From: Callorhinchus milii
Lineage: Eukaryota
NCBI RefSeq assembly: GCF_018977255.1
Contig: NW_024704743.1
Span: 83,082,001-83,146,000, forward strand
Direction of reading: 5' to 3'
DNA length: 64,000 nucleotides
Position 1 is the stretch's first letter; each line of letters starts with the position of its first letter. A model generated the notes under the pieces. That model made no database searches, was not told where the DNA came from, and saw only the letters and a program-made list of their open reading frames with translations. A program made the translations under genes and the position numbers. Of this stretch, positions 38,569 through 51,949 are shown in pieces.

Positions 38569-39544
38569 GCCTCAAAGTTACTATTAGAATTGGTGAAACA
38601 AGGTGAACAATATACTGTGTGAGTGGAATTGTAATCAGGTGGCAGATAGATTGCAATGTTTTTTGTACAGTAACTAAAAATAGCGAATAATGACATCGGA
38701 AGACATAAATTCAAAGCTTATTTGAATATTCCATCCCAGCATTAGAAAATCAAAGTGATGTGTTTTGTATTTCGTTGTTCAGGAGTGTTCAGTGTAAGGT
38801 ATATAATTATTGGATGAAGTTAACATTCAACCATGAATTTGTCTTTGCATTACAGGGTATTACCACCTCACAAACAAACAGTCACTACACATGGCAATAA
38901 TTATTGCAATGTAAAATGCTTTGAGAGGATTTGATGTATGGATGCTATGAAATGCAAGTTTTTTTCTTCACAAGCGTACATGTCCTCTGTGTACAGATGT
39001 GGTACTCTGTCTAGTTTGGTTTCTGCAACTCCCTGCTGGAGTCCCAGATACTCGCATTCTCCCTAAGTTTAAAGTCTGCTGCAAGAGTTACCCGTTCACC
39101 CTACTTTTGGTCATCTTTCCCCTTTTCCCTTTTCAGCTCTTACCTCCAAGCTTGGGTATCGCGCCAGCTATGTGAAGCACTTTGAGATGTCCTCCTGACG
39201 TGAAAGGCGCTATATCAATACACATTTTATTGTATTTCTCCATTCAGCCATATGCCACTATTTGCACATCTAAACAATTCAGACAATTATTAAAAAATCT
39301 AAACAATTTATAATCTTCATTTCAGTGCATTGATTATTATGGCAACAAAACTGGGATTCTTCGAAAGAGACATCAAATTAATAGATTTTTTTCTGTAGCT
39401 TTTTTAAAAAGGCTGTGTAGTGGTTTAAGGTTTCCAGTCAAACATTTGTGAGTTAGAATTAATTGATCAGTTCTGAAATCAATATTCTGGCAATATCCAT
39501 TTAGCACATTTTTGTATCTAACTGATATAAGTTAATTTCCGTAC

Positions 39545-40195
39545 AGGTGTTAGCACAGCTCCATTGGTGGCACTTTTCGCTTATCAGAGGTTAAGGGTTT
39601 AAACCCCATATTAGGAGTTGAGCTCATAGCCTAAGAGCCATTCTTCAGGTGAGACATTAATCCAATATCCTGTCTGTCTGATCAGTTGGACGTCACAGAT
39701 CCCATGCCTTTATTCAAAAATAGAGGGAGTTTCGAGCCAATAATCCTCCAGATAAATTTGACATTTACTTCATGATGACAATAATCCTTGCATTTGATAT
39801 AGCACTTCTCACGTCTTCGAGATGTCTTAAAACGTTTCACAAAATATACTATAAAGTGAATCAACTGTATATTTTGTGGGCGAAACGCGGCAGCCAATTG
39901 CACACAGCAGTATCCCACAAACAGTTGTGGATTGAGTGACCAAAATATTATTGTTTTTTTTTCCAAGAGGGATTAGTATCAGGCATGTGTAGTAAGGAAA
40001 CTTGCCCAAGGTTTCACCCTGCCGGGAATCAAACCCAGGTCTTTCACTTGCGAGGCAAGTGCTCTAACCACTGACTATTGCTGTGCAAAAATTGGCTTCT
40101 GCATTTGCCCACACAATACACAGTCACAGCACTGCATTTGTGAAGCTGAATGAGATGTCTCAACATTATAAGCACTGTACTAAATGCAAGGATTG
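39545..40195 (+). mobile_element. Family B SINE interrupted by an antisense family A SINE (39779-40075)
   Basis: The family B body stops at ...acttcatgatg and resumes tattgctgtgcaaaaattggct after the inverted family A copy. Confidence 0.8.
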
Positions 40196-43100
40196 TTTAC
40201 AGTTAGCTCATGACTAGATGGGATAGCAGTGCATCTAGATATCTCCAACAGCACTAACTCAGTTGCAGCTTTTCCCTGTTCATAATAACTTGCATGGAGT
40301 TCATGCTGATACCACTGTTTAAAACAAACTTCCAAAGTATTTCAGTCTTTTTTTTTGTATTTTGTGTCAGAAAATCTAATTTTAATTTCAGTGAAGATAT
40401 ATTCATTAATACAAACAAGTGAATCACAAGATAGTTCGACAAAGCAACTGTAATCAGGAACAGTAATTGCACAATTCAAGATGTTTGCAATGCTATTTGA
40501 ACTCTGCTGCTTGTTCAACTGCCTGGAACTCATTTATTGTCTCTTTTCTCCACTTCTATTATCCTCTGTTGTCATGTTCGAACCTACAGTCTATCGCTTG
40601 GGACAACTTGAAGAACAACTGAAACAGATTCCCACCTCCAAGGAAGGAAGAGCTCGCTGTCTGTGATGCAGATTCTCCATGGCTGCTACATGTGCCACTA
40701 CAAGAATGATAGCAGGAGATGACAGTGAAATCAGTGTTATTTTCCTGTTGAGGTGGAATATGCTCTCCAATCAACGGTCTTCCTGCTCAGGCGACTTTAG
40801 GGACGTTCCCCCAACCAATGCTCGTCAGCTAAAGAGTTGGGGAATCTTGAGAGCTGAACTCAGAGCCACGTGCCCTTGTTATATCACCCACCGGATTATC
40901 ACTGCCATTTGCTGGCAGAGAGGAAGGTTCCCACTGCTATTCTTCTGGAAGAATAAATCAAATGTCCTTTACCTCTATAGTGATTTAGGGATAAGATGGC
41001 TTTTTCCAAATTTTGAAAACCAGCTGTTGACTTACTTGATATAAACGATATGTTGTGTTGTTTAAACGTTATTATCAAGTAAGCAGAAACAAGTCATCAG
41101 TTACCCCATGGAACGTGAGGTAAGCAAATGGAATCTGGTATGATGTGTTTGTGATTGCTACAAGCCCTTGCATTGTGTTTCTTTCGGTGATATCAATATA
41201 GAGTACTGGAGAGCAAGCTTTGGGCAAGGGAATAACTCAGCCTCCACAACATCTGTAATTGTGTGGAATAGATACAAAATGTTTTTTTCCACACAACATA
41301 GTTTTTAAAATCAATGGACCTTACCTTTGTTGTTGAGCCATGGAGATGTGAAGTGATGCAGTGAACAGCCGTGGTGGATGGCATCATGAAAACAACATAT
41401 TGCTACATAGCAATTGTGAGTTAATGTTATTGGATGATTAATGAAAGGTTTATAAGGCCACTATTCACAGTAGATAATTGGGAAATGATACGTTCCAATA
41501 TTACACATCAGTATTACGTTATAGGGGTAGTCACTCGTAACTCTATCAGTGAACCAGACTAACTGGTCTATCATCAACAGTGCCCTGGAGTACTGTAGAC
41601 CCACCTGGCTCGGGAACAGAACTACGGAGGCCACCACAGAGGACTGGCTCGATGCTGACATTTTGTTGCAAGGCATGTCACTTTGGAGCAATTTCAGCCC
41701 CAAGGAGACCCCACTTACCTCTCCCTCTGTAAGGAGCATTGTCACTAGTCATTAGACATCCGACAAGCATACATTTGAGTGTGTGCCACCACTTGAAAGT
41801 GGAGAGCTATTCAATGGACATCTGCCTTCAGTATGGTGGAATGATGTATACAGTGAATTTTACAGTGAGTGTCGCTCCCTCGGATACTGTGATATGTCAG
41901 CCTCCTTGGTGTTTTAGAGGTCAAAGTCAGAGGTCAAGAAGAAGCTAGATCTTCACATGAGGGAGGGGAATAGAAGGGTATCGGAGGGAGCAAAGGAATG
42001 GGTAGAGACTCATGTGGAGTATAAACACCGGCACAGACTGGTTGCGCTGAATGGCCTGTTTCCGTGCTGTCCATTCTTTGTAAATCTTTGTAAAATCCAA
42101 TGTCACGTTTACTCAACACCAACTGATTAATTCAGGACCACTGTGTTGACTTTCCTTTCGACTGCATATTTGGTCACCTTCTTCAGCTTCCTCCACCTTG
42201 AGCTCCAAGTCGGCTGTGAAGTGCATTTTGCCTGAAGCGAAAGGTACTATTATAAATGTAAAATTATTTTGTTGTTGAATTTAAGAACTTGTCCCAATTC
42301 GGCACAAACTTACAATTTGAAGACAAAATGGTTTTACAGCCGAAGACTAGGTGGAATTTTGAGTGTTGCTCACTCGGATACAAAGTGAAGTTCGCTGCAA
42401 ATGCAAAGTGTCCTTTCACCTGGTCCATAGTTCTGAAAGAACAGCAATGTCAAGTCAAAAGCAACAGTAACAAATTTACATTTACATTGGAAAAATATTT
42501 TGTAGCAACAACTTGTATTTATATAGCGCCCTTCACACAATTGCGTTTCAGAGCCAACACACATGGTTTAGAACCAAAAACTATCAAATAATATTGTCTT
42601 TTAATACCCTCATAAATCTCAGCAGAAGTGGAAAAAAATGGAATCAAAAGACACTCAGTAAAACTGTAAAATTTTGTAGGGCGGGGGAAGGGGAGAGAAA
42701 TATTTACAGTAGGACTGCAACACAGTGTGTGACATGAGTGCCTTTGAAATCACAGTTTCCCCTTGGGTTTTCCATAAGGGCATTGGGTAAGACAGCCATC
42801 ACTGACTGGTTGCCCTGATGCTGCAGCCCATTATTTTAGGCCTATGTTGTCAATAATGACAATGTTGCATTTTGTTTCAATTTGCTGCAGAACTTTAAAT
42901 TGCAGCAGAAGGGGTACGAAAAAAAAAGTGACTGTTTTGATCATTAGCTCGGGTAGCTTTACACAAAGCCCAAGACAGTCTCTTCAAATGGTAACACGAG
43001 TAAAAGGCAGGTAAACAAGTACAAACCTCCCCGAAAACATGTTTCAAAAAGTCACACACTGCTGTTGGCTTCACAATGCTGCACCATGCTTGTCAAGCCT

Positions 43101-43819
43101 TTATATTGTCCTCCTTTTCAGCGAGCAGCAGGCTCCACACTCTCTACACCATACTGAGCAGGTTAAACAATTACACTGTACTAATTGGCCCGTGTCAGGG
43201 CTGACGGTAAGGTAAACAAATGCAGCAAGCAAAAGCTGAGACAAATGTTAGCTAATTAAATTGAAGGGGGGAAATGACAAAAAAAAATAAAAAATGTGTT
43301 CATGCTGCGTTTTTTCAGTCGTATTTGCAAGCAAGAAAAAAAAACAAGCGCACTCATTATGTTCATCTGCGCTATGCACTGGGAAACAAATTAGATACTT
43401 TACATATATTTCTAATTCTCTTCTTCCTCCGAAAATTATTCAACACATTTTTTTTTGCACTCAGAACAATATTACAATGATGCAGAAAATCCAATTAGCT
43501 GCAGGCAAAGAAAATAATTTTCTTCAATTTACAGTTAGAGGGTGTGAAAAAGATGCATTCTTATCAGCACTGCTTTTTATGTGTCTTGGTATTTTACTAA
43601 AAAAATTCTCTGAAGCCAGGAGCAGATGATGAATTCTTAAGCAGATCATACTGATAATTGTATTTCATAACTGTCAGGTCTGTGAAGACTGTCCATGGAG
43701 GTGTCTTGGCTTCAGTTGAGCTATTTGTGTCACCGCGTCTCTAAGAGCTCAGCCCTCAATAAAAGTGAAATCACTGGGGATATTGTTAGTCTTCAGGAAG
43801 GATTATTAAATTGAAAGAA

Positions 43820-43952
43820 AATTTATGGCTGACACTTTGTAACAATTAATCAGGAACTGTTGATTAATAAAGTTATCTCTCTATTCTCATGAAACGAACA
43901 TCAGTACATGAGTTGTCAAAAGGCCCATTTTGTCATTCTTTTTGATTAATGT
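43820..43952. promoter_or_regulatory. Candidate Pbx-Hox/Meis-type enhancer core
   Basis: ATTAATCA at 43845-43852, TGATTAAT at 43861-43868 and 43943-43950, TTTATGG at 43822 and TGACA/TGTCA sites, all in repeat-free DNA. Confidence 0.45.
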
Positions 43953-45566
43953 ACCAGGTTGAGTCCCCAAAAAACCTTCCAAGTAATACACTAAAAATCA
44001 TAAATATTGAATAAGCATACAGTACAGTTAACCTTGGATACCTTTTGGAACTTTCACAGGGAAAACTTAGATATTCAGAAAATAAATTGCTGTGGGGATT
44101 NAAAAAACAAATTGGAGTTTTTGGAGAATGTCACCTTGCCAACCTTGTCATTTTGAATGGGTTGTGGTGATTAATTAGTTTAGTTAGATCTGCAATTAGG
44201 TCAGAAAATGCTAGGAAGCCACGTGTACGCCCACTGTAGGCTTAGGCTTGGCCGAAGAGGCACGAGTGACATGAATCTGGAGGAGGGAGTCGTCTCTTAT
44301 CTCTGAAATTCCCACTTACATCGCTCTTCCCACAATGGTCAGGTGTGTAGCTCCAAACCCAGCAGCACTCGCTGACTGTAATGGGAATGAAATGCAATGC
44401 ACAATCCCAAGGCAATCGTACATCTCCAGTTTGAGGATCACAGGTATCTTGTGGACACAGACAAAGTGCTTCATGTCGAATTTAACATAGAACTGCTCTC
44501 AGTGAAGCATTGCTTTTTTTTAAAAAAATTCTTACGTTTTATTTTCCAACCCCCTCAAGCTCGGGTTACCTGCTAGCACATTTGAGGCATATCCTGTTCT
44601 TGAGCAAAAGCTTTCTTCTTCATTTAAAAAGATAAAAATGAGAGTCTGATGGTTCGAATCACCTTGTTGTTCAGGTATTAAGTAAGATAAGGAATAATTG
44701 CAGTAAAACTCCAGAGGTTGTAGATCAAGTTGCTTTTATTTGATTGTTATTTGACCAGCAAAGTAAGAATAAAAATACATTCATTTTACATCCTGAAGAT
44801 AATTGCAATTTCTCATCTCTCTTCACCCCCCTCCACCCCACCACTCACCGCTGCCCACTTCCCCATATTGCTTCATATCATTAAGGCAAGTTTGTGTATT
44901 AGTATTTGATTAGAAACCAATCTTCTCTGCTCACTGAGAAACACAGCTTTCCTACAGGGACAGTCATGGTGACATCTTTGCAAAACCATTTGATATTTCA
45001 TAACAATTATACAGGATACCATTTTGGTGAATATTCAGAAAGTGCAGAATTCTGATTTAAAAATAACACTGCAACATTTGCTTACAACTGTTGGATTCAC
45101 TCTGATGCATGTATTTCACTGTGCCAGCAGCAAACAGTATTACATTAATGGTTATTGTAGTCCCTTTTCGAATATTATTATCTCTGGATTTCAAATAACA
45201 AAACAACCCCTTAAACGTATATTGCAGAATTCTTAGAACTGTGTATATTCATGCACCTGCTGTTGTGATACAAGGTTATGATTTGTTTTGGCCTGAATTC
45301 AGCCGTTATTGTTGCGGTCTGTGACTAATTTACAAGGAAATTCCAGGGAAATGGCTGAGGATCTTCCCTAAGGTGTTGTAAGAGCAAATTCTCAAAAGCA
45401 AAAAAATGATAATCCAGAAAAGTCTCCAAACACAACTGTGTAATGAAATACATCTATCACTGAACAAAGTACGCAAACTATATAGCGAAATGTATACTTG
45501 CACTCTACTGTGTAACCCACACATCTTGCAGTTCAAATGTGCCAACACTGGGGTGTAATTTGGGAG

Positions 45567-45932
45567 ATAATAATAATCCTTGCAGTGCTTTATCATGTCA
45601 TTGAGACGTCTCAAAGCGTTCACAGAATATACTGTAAAGTGAATTGACTGTACATTTTGTTTGCAAAACGCAGCAGACAATTGCGCACAACAGTGTCCCA
45701 CAAAAACTCATGGATTGAGTGACCAAATTATTATTATTATATTTTTGAATGGATTATTATTACTCCTGGAAGGAGGTTAGCCAATCGACTAACTACTGGG
45801 TTCCTACTTTCTCCTTCGTAAATAGTTGTGTAGAGCAAGGAAACTTGCCTGAGGTTTCGTCCCACCCGGGAATCAAACTGGGGTCCTCTTGCTTGCGAGG
45901 TGAGTGCTCTAACCACTAAGCTACAGGACTCC
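45567..45932 (-). mobile_element. Full-length family A SINE
   Basis: Ends ctctaaccactaagctacaggactcc and begins with (taa)n ccttgca. Confidence 0.92.
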
Positions 45933-46817
45933 ACATGTAACGTGGAACATTAATGTGTAAACCATGTGCAAAGGGCAATTTCCGTGTGCCCTTAACCAAG
46001 GAACCAACCAATGAAAAGGATTCTGAAATTACCTGGAATCCTTCACATTTGGCTGCCAGTGACATAATTAATGGCATAAATTAATTTCCTCCTTGTACAT
46101 GGTTAACGCATATCACAAATTTTAACCCCACTATCTCATGAAATATAGTGTCAAATCAGTCCATATCAGTATCACAATAAATTGTAACCTTGAACTGACC
46201 CCAGACGGAGTCACTTTAAGTTATACAATTTAAACTTATATAGCGCCTTTCACCTCAGCAGGATGTCCCAAAGCATTAAGTTGCCGTACATCTAATCAGC
46301 GTCATTCATTTACTATCACAGACTCCAGTCCTCCAGCATAGTACCATCCCAGCAGATCGAAGGTGAGGATCTACAGCAGAAATAACAAACATGCCTTTTA
46401 AAAACTTGTTACTTATGTTCAACAGAGGGTGAGATGTCAGTGCTGAGAGGAAATGGAGCAATTTCCACTTTCTAAACCTCCACAACATCATCAAATGCTC
46501 CCAGGTCAGGCACAGTGTAGGTTAGTTGCACAGTGAAGCTCTCTCACTGTGACTCAACCTATCCTTTAATCTCTGGGTTCTTGGTTTCAATCCACCCCAA
46601 ACTGATGGCTTGAACATCTCCTCTGGCTGACATCTGCAAGGTGTTACACATGAAATGATAATATCAAACACTCAACAAAAATACCACCCACACCACACGT
46701 ACATTTTACTTTTCTTTGTGGGTAAATTATCAACCTTCCATCGCAAGTTCTTATCAAGATGATAGTCTAGTTTGACCCTTAGTCAGTGCTCTCTGGTGGT
46801 GAAAGCAAGCTTTCATC

Positions 46818-47000
46818 ATTAACAACAACAACAAATTGCATTTATATAGCACCTTTCACTTCGGGAGGACATCCCAAGGCACTGGACAATGAGGGGTTTG
46901 CACCCGAGCTGTGGGTTGGGATCAGAGAGGGGTAGAGGCAAGGGGGTGGAGGTTTGGAGGTGTGGAGGAGGGAAGATGACCGAAGGCAGGGTTGAAAACA
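46818..47000 (-). mobile_element. L2 3' tail
   Basis: (aac)n aaattgcatttatatagcacctttcacttcgggaggacatcccaagg. Confidence 0.8.
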
Positions 47001-47859
47001 ACAAAACACGGTCGAAGAATAAAGTCTTTTCAGTTTCATAAAAATAAAAGCTGAACGAGACAGCCCCACCCCATTATACAGTATACACTACGTCGCAAAA
47101 GCGCTATATCAAATGCAAGGATTATTATTATTATTATTGTCACCAAGAGAGAATGATGCTGGGAGCAACCAAACTGGAATGCTAACTAGGAATATTCTGG
47201 TTCTGAATCACATTACTCAAGCTCACAAAAAAAACCATTGCATGCTGACACCCCATAACACTATGTTCTAAATAGGAAATAATGGTGTCTCAAATTGGGA
47301 CTCACACTTCAGATCAAGCCTCAAAGTAAAGCACCTATGACAGAGCTGCCAAGATACTTCTGTGGCTGGAAGAATAGCTTTGAAAGCTTGCTCTGCACAG
47401 GATTTAATTCCCATTACAGATTTTACCTTTTTGTCATTGTTTCAGGTTTGATGGTTCAGACAAAGGTCAACTTTATCTTGTTAGTTTGAAGCAATGAAAA
47501 ATTAAGTCTGTACAAAACAAATTAGTATCAAATGTGTCATTTTTTTTGCTTGCTTGTTTTCAGCTAAAAAGAAACCGAGTCTACAATTATTAATTGACTG
47601 AACAATGCATAGTGTTAAGTCAAAAATAGAAAAATATTCAGACTGCCCTTAACATTTATTTTCTTCGGCAGTCGATCCTAGGGGAGTGTTGTCTGACATA
47701 CATAGAAACTTATCACTATGCTTCAGAGGATCCAAACCGGACCAAGAGTTCCACATATGTATGTCACCAACACATAGAAATTTCCCTGCATCTGGAAAGG
47801 AATGCATACTCTCTTCCCAGAGACACACCCTGCTTATATAAGCAGGAGTCCTCCACACT

Positions 47860-48570
47860 GGAGTTGTGTAGCTCAGTGGTTAGAGCACTCGCCTCGCAAG
47901 CGAGAGACCTGGGTTCTCTCCATGGCCTTGCTCCACCCCTACCTCTGGACTTCCTTATCCCCTACCAATCTGCCCGCTCCCTTCGCTCAGCGGGCTCAGG
48001 CCTGCTTCACGTTCCCCATCTCACCCACTTACCATTGGTGGGCAGGCCTTCAGACACTCTGCTCCCACTCTCTGGAACTCGATCCCGCAGTCCCTCCGCC
48101 TCACCCCTCTCCCTTGCCTCCTTCAATAGACCGTGGCTTCGGTCACCCTCCTTCCCCCCCCCTGCCCTCCACCCTCCCTGGGTCCAAAACACTGATTGTC
48201 CAGCGTCTTGGGATGTCCTCTCGATGTGAAAAGTACTATACAAATGTAATTTTTGTTTGTTTGTTTGATTCCTGGCAAGGCGAACTGTTGGGCAAGTTTC
48301 CTTACTCCACACCCCTTTGTTTGCCTAGCAGTAAGTAAGAACCTGGTTGTTAGTCGATTGCTGGATCGCTTTTCTTGGGGTAATTATCCCTCAAAAAAAA
48401 ATGTGGCACTCACTCAACGACCGTTTGTGGGACACTGCTATGCGCATTTGGCTGCCGCGTTTCGTCCACAAATATACAGTCAATTAACTTTAAAGTATAT
48501 TCTGTGAAGCGTTTTGAGACGTCTCGAAGACGTGATAAGGCGCTATACCAAATGCACGGATTATTATTAT
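47860..48570 (+). mobile_element. Family A SINE with an L2 3' fragment (47917-48267) inserted in its B box
   Basis: ...gacctgggttc|[L2]|attcctggcaaggcgaac... Confidence 0.88.
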
Positions 48571-48915
48571 AACATAAGAACATAGAAATTTGCTCAGCAA
48601 AAGAAGACCAAGGTCCGTCTAGTTCTCTTCCACCATCCTAACAGTCCTTTAACATGTCGTGTCCAAAACTATATAGTATCCCGAGATATTATTTTCTAGC
48701 AGAAATCTATTTAATTCGTTCTTGAAACAAACAACGCTTTCTGCTTCTATCATCTCCCTAGGGAACCTGTTCCATAAGTTTACAACTCCTTCACTGAAGT
48801 AGAGTTTCCGCAGATTTGTTGTGAATTTAACCCCTTCAATCACAGACCGTGTCCTCTAGTTCTACTGTTCAGTACAAGATAAACAGCTTTTCGTGATCTA
48901 AATTATCTAGTCCTG
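48571..48915 (-). mobile_element. CR1 LINE 3' end; another at ~49728-49920
   Basis: Minus frame FTTNLRKLYFSEGVVNLWNRFPREMIEAESVVCFKNELNRFL; aacataagaacatagaa tail. Confidence 0.88.
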
Positions 48916-51900
48916 ATTCCTTAACTAATTCCAGAATGTACTGAGCTCAAGTTGGCAAGAGTTAAGGCTTGGAGACCACAGAATGTGCACTGGAGCACTG
49001 CAGGAGCTTGCTGTTGGGAGCACTGTCTGGCATGCTTTCAACTGCTTGTCCAGCCAGGACCACCCTACTTATTAGGTCTTTGTCTTGCAGGATTTACTGG
49101 AGCTGAGCACGAAGAATCTCTGCTCCCAATGACTGGTCTGTCATCCAAGTTCTGCCGACAAGCAAGGCTGGTTGGTCTCCCATCAGCCAGCTTGGCACAA
49201 TTTTTCACTTATTGTCTGTGGCATTTTGTGGATTGGTGTAAAAAGGTCCCTAAAGGTGTTATGCATTTTTCAGCTGGGAAGGGTAGAGAGGCAGAACGAT
49301 TGTTATTGTTGTTATCATTGTGACGTCATGCACAAGCTATATTTCACCATGATTTAAGCCATGACATGCTGCGTCTCTGAGCAAATTCAAAAGGTTCGAC
49401 AAACACTTCTACATTAAGTTGCTGCCTCTTAATAACAGGAGCCTGTACTTACCATGTTTGACTGCACTTGTAGCACCCTTCATAGGATGTGGCCAGATAT
49501 GAACAAACTGCTACATAACCTGTAATTACTCCTTAGGATGACTGGTTAGCAAAACAAGTGATGATGATAATTTTCTGCTGGCCAGACACGTATTATATAA
49601 CTAGTATTCCAGATGAAGAGAGGTTTATCTGTTGTGTCCTAGAATTTATTTGAGGTCACTTTATACAGTGTGTATTTTTGGGCACGTAAACTGCGATCTC
49701 TCTGTTGTTATTATTGGTTATGCAAAGAATCATAAGAATTTCCATGTTGGAGGTGGTCATTTAGCTCAATGACCCTATATGGCTCCAATGCCATTAACTC
49801 TCAAATCCATGCTCTTTCCCCGTAACCTTTTATATTGTTCCTCTTCAAATGTTCATCCGATTCCTTTTTAAATGTTGTTATCATCTCAGCCTAAAAAGCC
49901 AACGGTAGCAATGCAGCTATTATGAACCTTAGTGTTTGGCTTCCTCCTGTTCTTTATATAATTACAATCAGCTCAGTGATGATTTGAAGCTAATCATGGC
50001 TGGCTAACTGACAAAAGACAGAAATTGGGTGAAATTCCACCTTTCCAATTCTGGGAGGCCAGCCTGGAATGAACAGCTTGGCAAAAAGCAAAGCTTCGGT
50101 ACAGAATATAGCAATTTGGCTGATAGACGTCAATGTGGAGCAAGTAGGTTATCACACAAGTGATTATTACCTCTATCATTGTCAGCAGAAAACTCTCTAC
50201 CTTTGGTGCAGTGTCAGAATCGCGTCCTTCATCTGCAAGAGATCAGTGAGCTGATTGAAATAAATCTCCCACACGAACAGTGCGACATGCAGTAAACTTC
50301 CCATTTCCTACTGCTTGTTGCTGAATTTGATGTGGAGTGTCTAAAATGGTTTATTTTTTAAAAACGTGTGTTTCAAGATTGACGGGTTCACTAACTGACT
50401 CAATATAGTGAGCACAAGTAAGTGCACTGTTATACAAAGAAAATGATTTACTTTTTAAACCTTCCTCAACACAGAACTAGAGGTCTGGAAATTCCTTCTA
50501 AATTGCTTCAAAATTGTAAAACTTTTGCAAAATTCTGCACGCTCTTACATTTTAAGACAACGATCTTAAAGCTAAGACCGTGAGAAATTCCAGGCAGCAG
50601 ATTTGCAATATGGGATAATACCACAGAGTTTACCTCTTTTACCTAAAGAGTATTGGCACAGGTTGACGAGAATCAAAGCCTTCCTGGACAACTGGCTAAT
50701 TTTGTTCCTGGTTAAACCAGGAGACTCATAGATGGAGCCCGGCCCTAGTTTCTTACTGCACAATTGAGCAGTGGGTGCACAGTAAATTTATATAACACAC
50801 TTTAAATAATTCTAAATGAATGCAAGTTACCTATTTTTAATTGCACTAAAATGGGTAGCTAAATAGGAACAAGGCATTTTTTTTCAAAATGTTAAACTGG
50901 GTGATACAGGAATATAACACAAATCTGTGAATGCGTAGTACCTTAACTCAAATCTGTGTAGTATCTTAACTGGCACTTTCTTTGTGAAAGGTATTTGGTA
51001 AATGCTTTTTTATCTGCACTTGCAAAATTCTGCAAATATTAAGCTGTAAATCATATTTTGAACTATTCTTGCATTTCAGATATGCCAACCCAGCACTTGC
51101 AATGATGTTACCCCCTTCCTCCATCAAGAAGGCAATGTTCCTTTAAGTAAAATCCATTGTGCTCCATGTGTAGAAAAAAATAAAACTGAAACTATTCTAC
51201 GGACACATTTTTATTTAACAAATCTATTCTGCCAGCCCATGCCCTACGACAAACTATTAGCAGCTAGGTCATTTGAGACCCCATACAGCATAAAACTGAA
51301 ATAACTCCAATTCTATGCTGTGCATAATGGCTTTCTATACCAGGCCAAAACAGTAACCCTTTTTTATAATAAGGGTACAAAGAGCATCACATCACGCTGC
51401 TCCTCTTCTCTATAACTCATTGGTGTCATGCTGGGTACTGGCAGTAGCCTGTTGTGCTATTTGTCTATAGTGCAGTTGTGACACTCTGGCATGATCCATA
51501 ATTTGGCAGCTATTTACCGTGACATTTCCTTTCAGTGCAGCCATAACACTCACTAGAACCATTATTTGGTACAATTTACCATATAAATTGCTTTGTCGTG
51601 CATCTGAGTTAGCAGCTAGACTGGTGAACTAAACGAGAAAATACACTTACCGGTTTTAGTTACTGTCTCTTTGGTATGCAGATGTTATTGTTTGTTTCAA
51701 TATGCTGACTTGATAAGAGTGTCGACAATACAGCTGTTTTGTCATTTATATGTTGGATATTTCAAACGATGCACTTACGCACAAATTCTATAATCCTAGC
51801 AAATTCTGTTCTGAGAATACAGAATTGCATTCATGCAATAAAAAAGGAATATTCTTTCAACATTAAAGACTTACAATATCATATTCCTCTGCTAATTTTC

Positions 51901-51949
51901 TCTCCTTCTTCCCTTTCCTTAAGACATTCATTTGTTTTACCTTCTGCTA

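Noticed and set aside
40400..41044. 121-aa and shorter ORFs in unique sequence, plus a CTCF-like tgccatttgctggcag
   Set aside because: No recognisable domain or clear splice pair, and a single imperfect motif is not enough to call.
44101..44101. Single N base
   Set aside because: An ambiguous base call beside a poly-A run, not a biological feature.
1..51000. ZNF407 or TSHZ1 exons expected from human synteny
   Set aside because: No C2H2 zinc-finger or other convincing coding frame in the ORF track. Exons under 60 codons could be missed.
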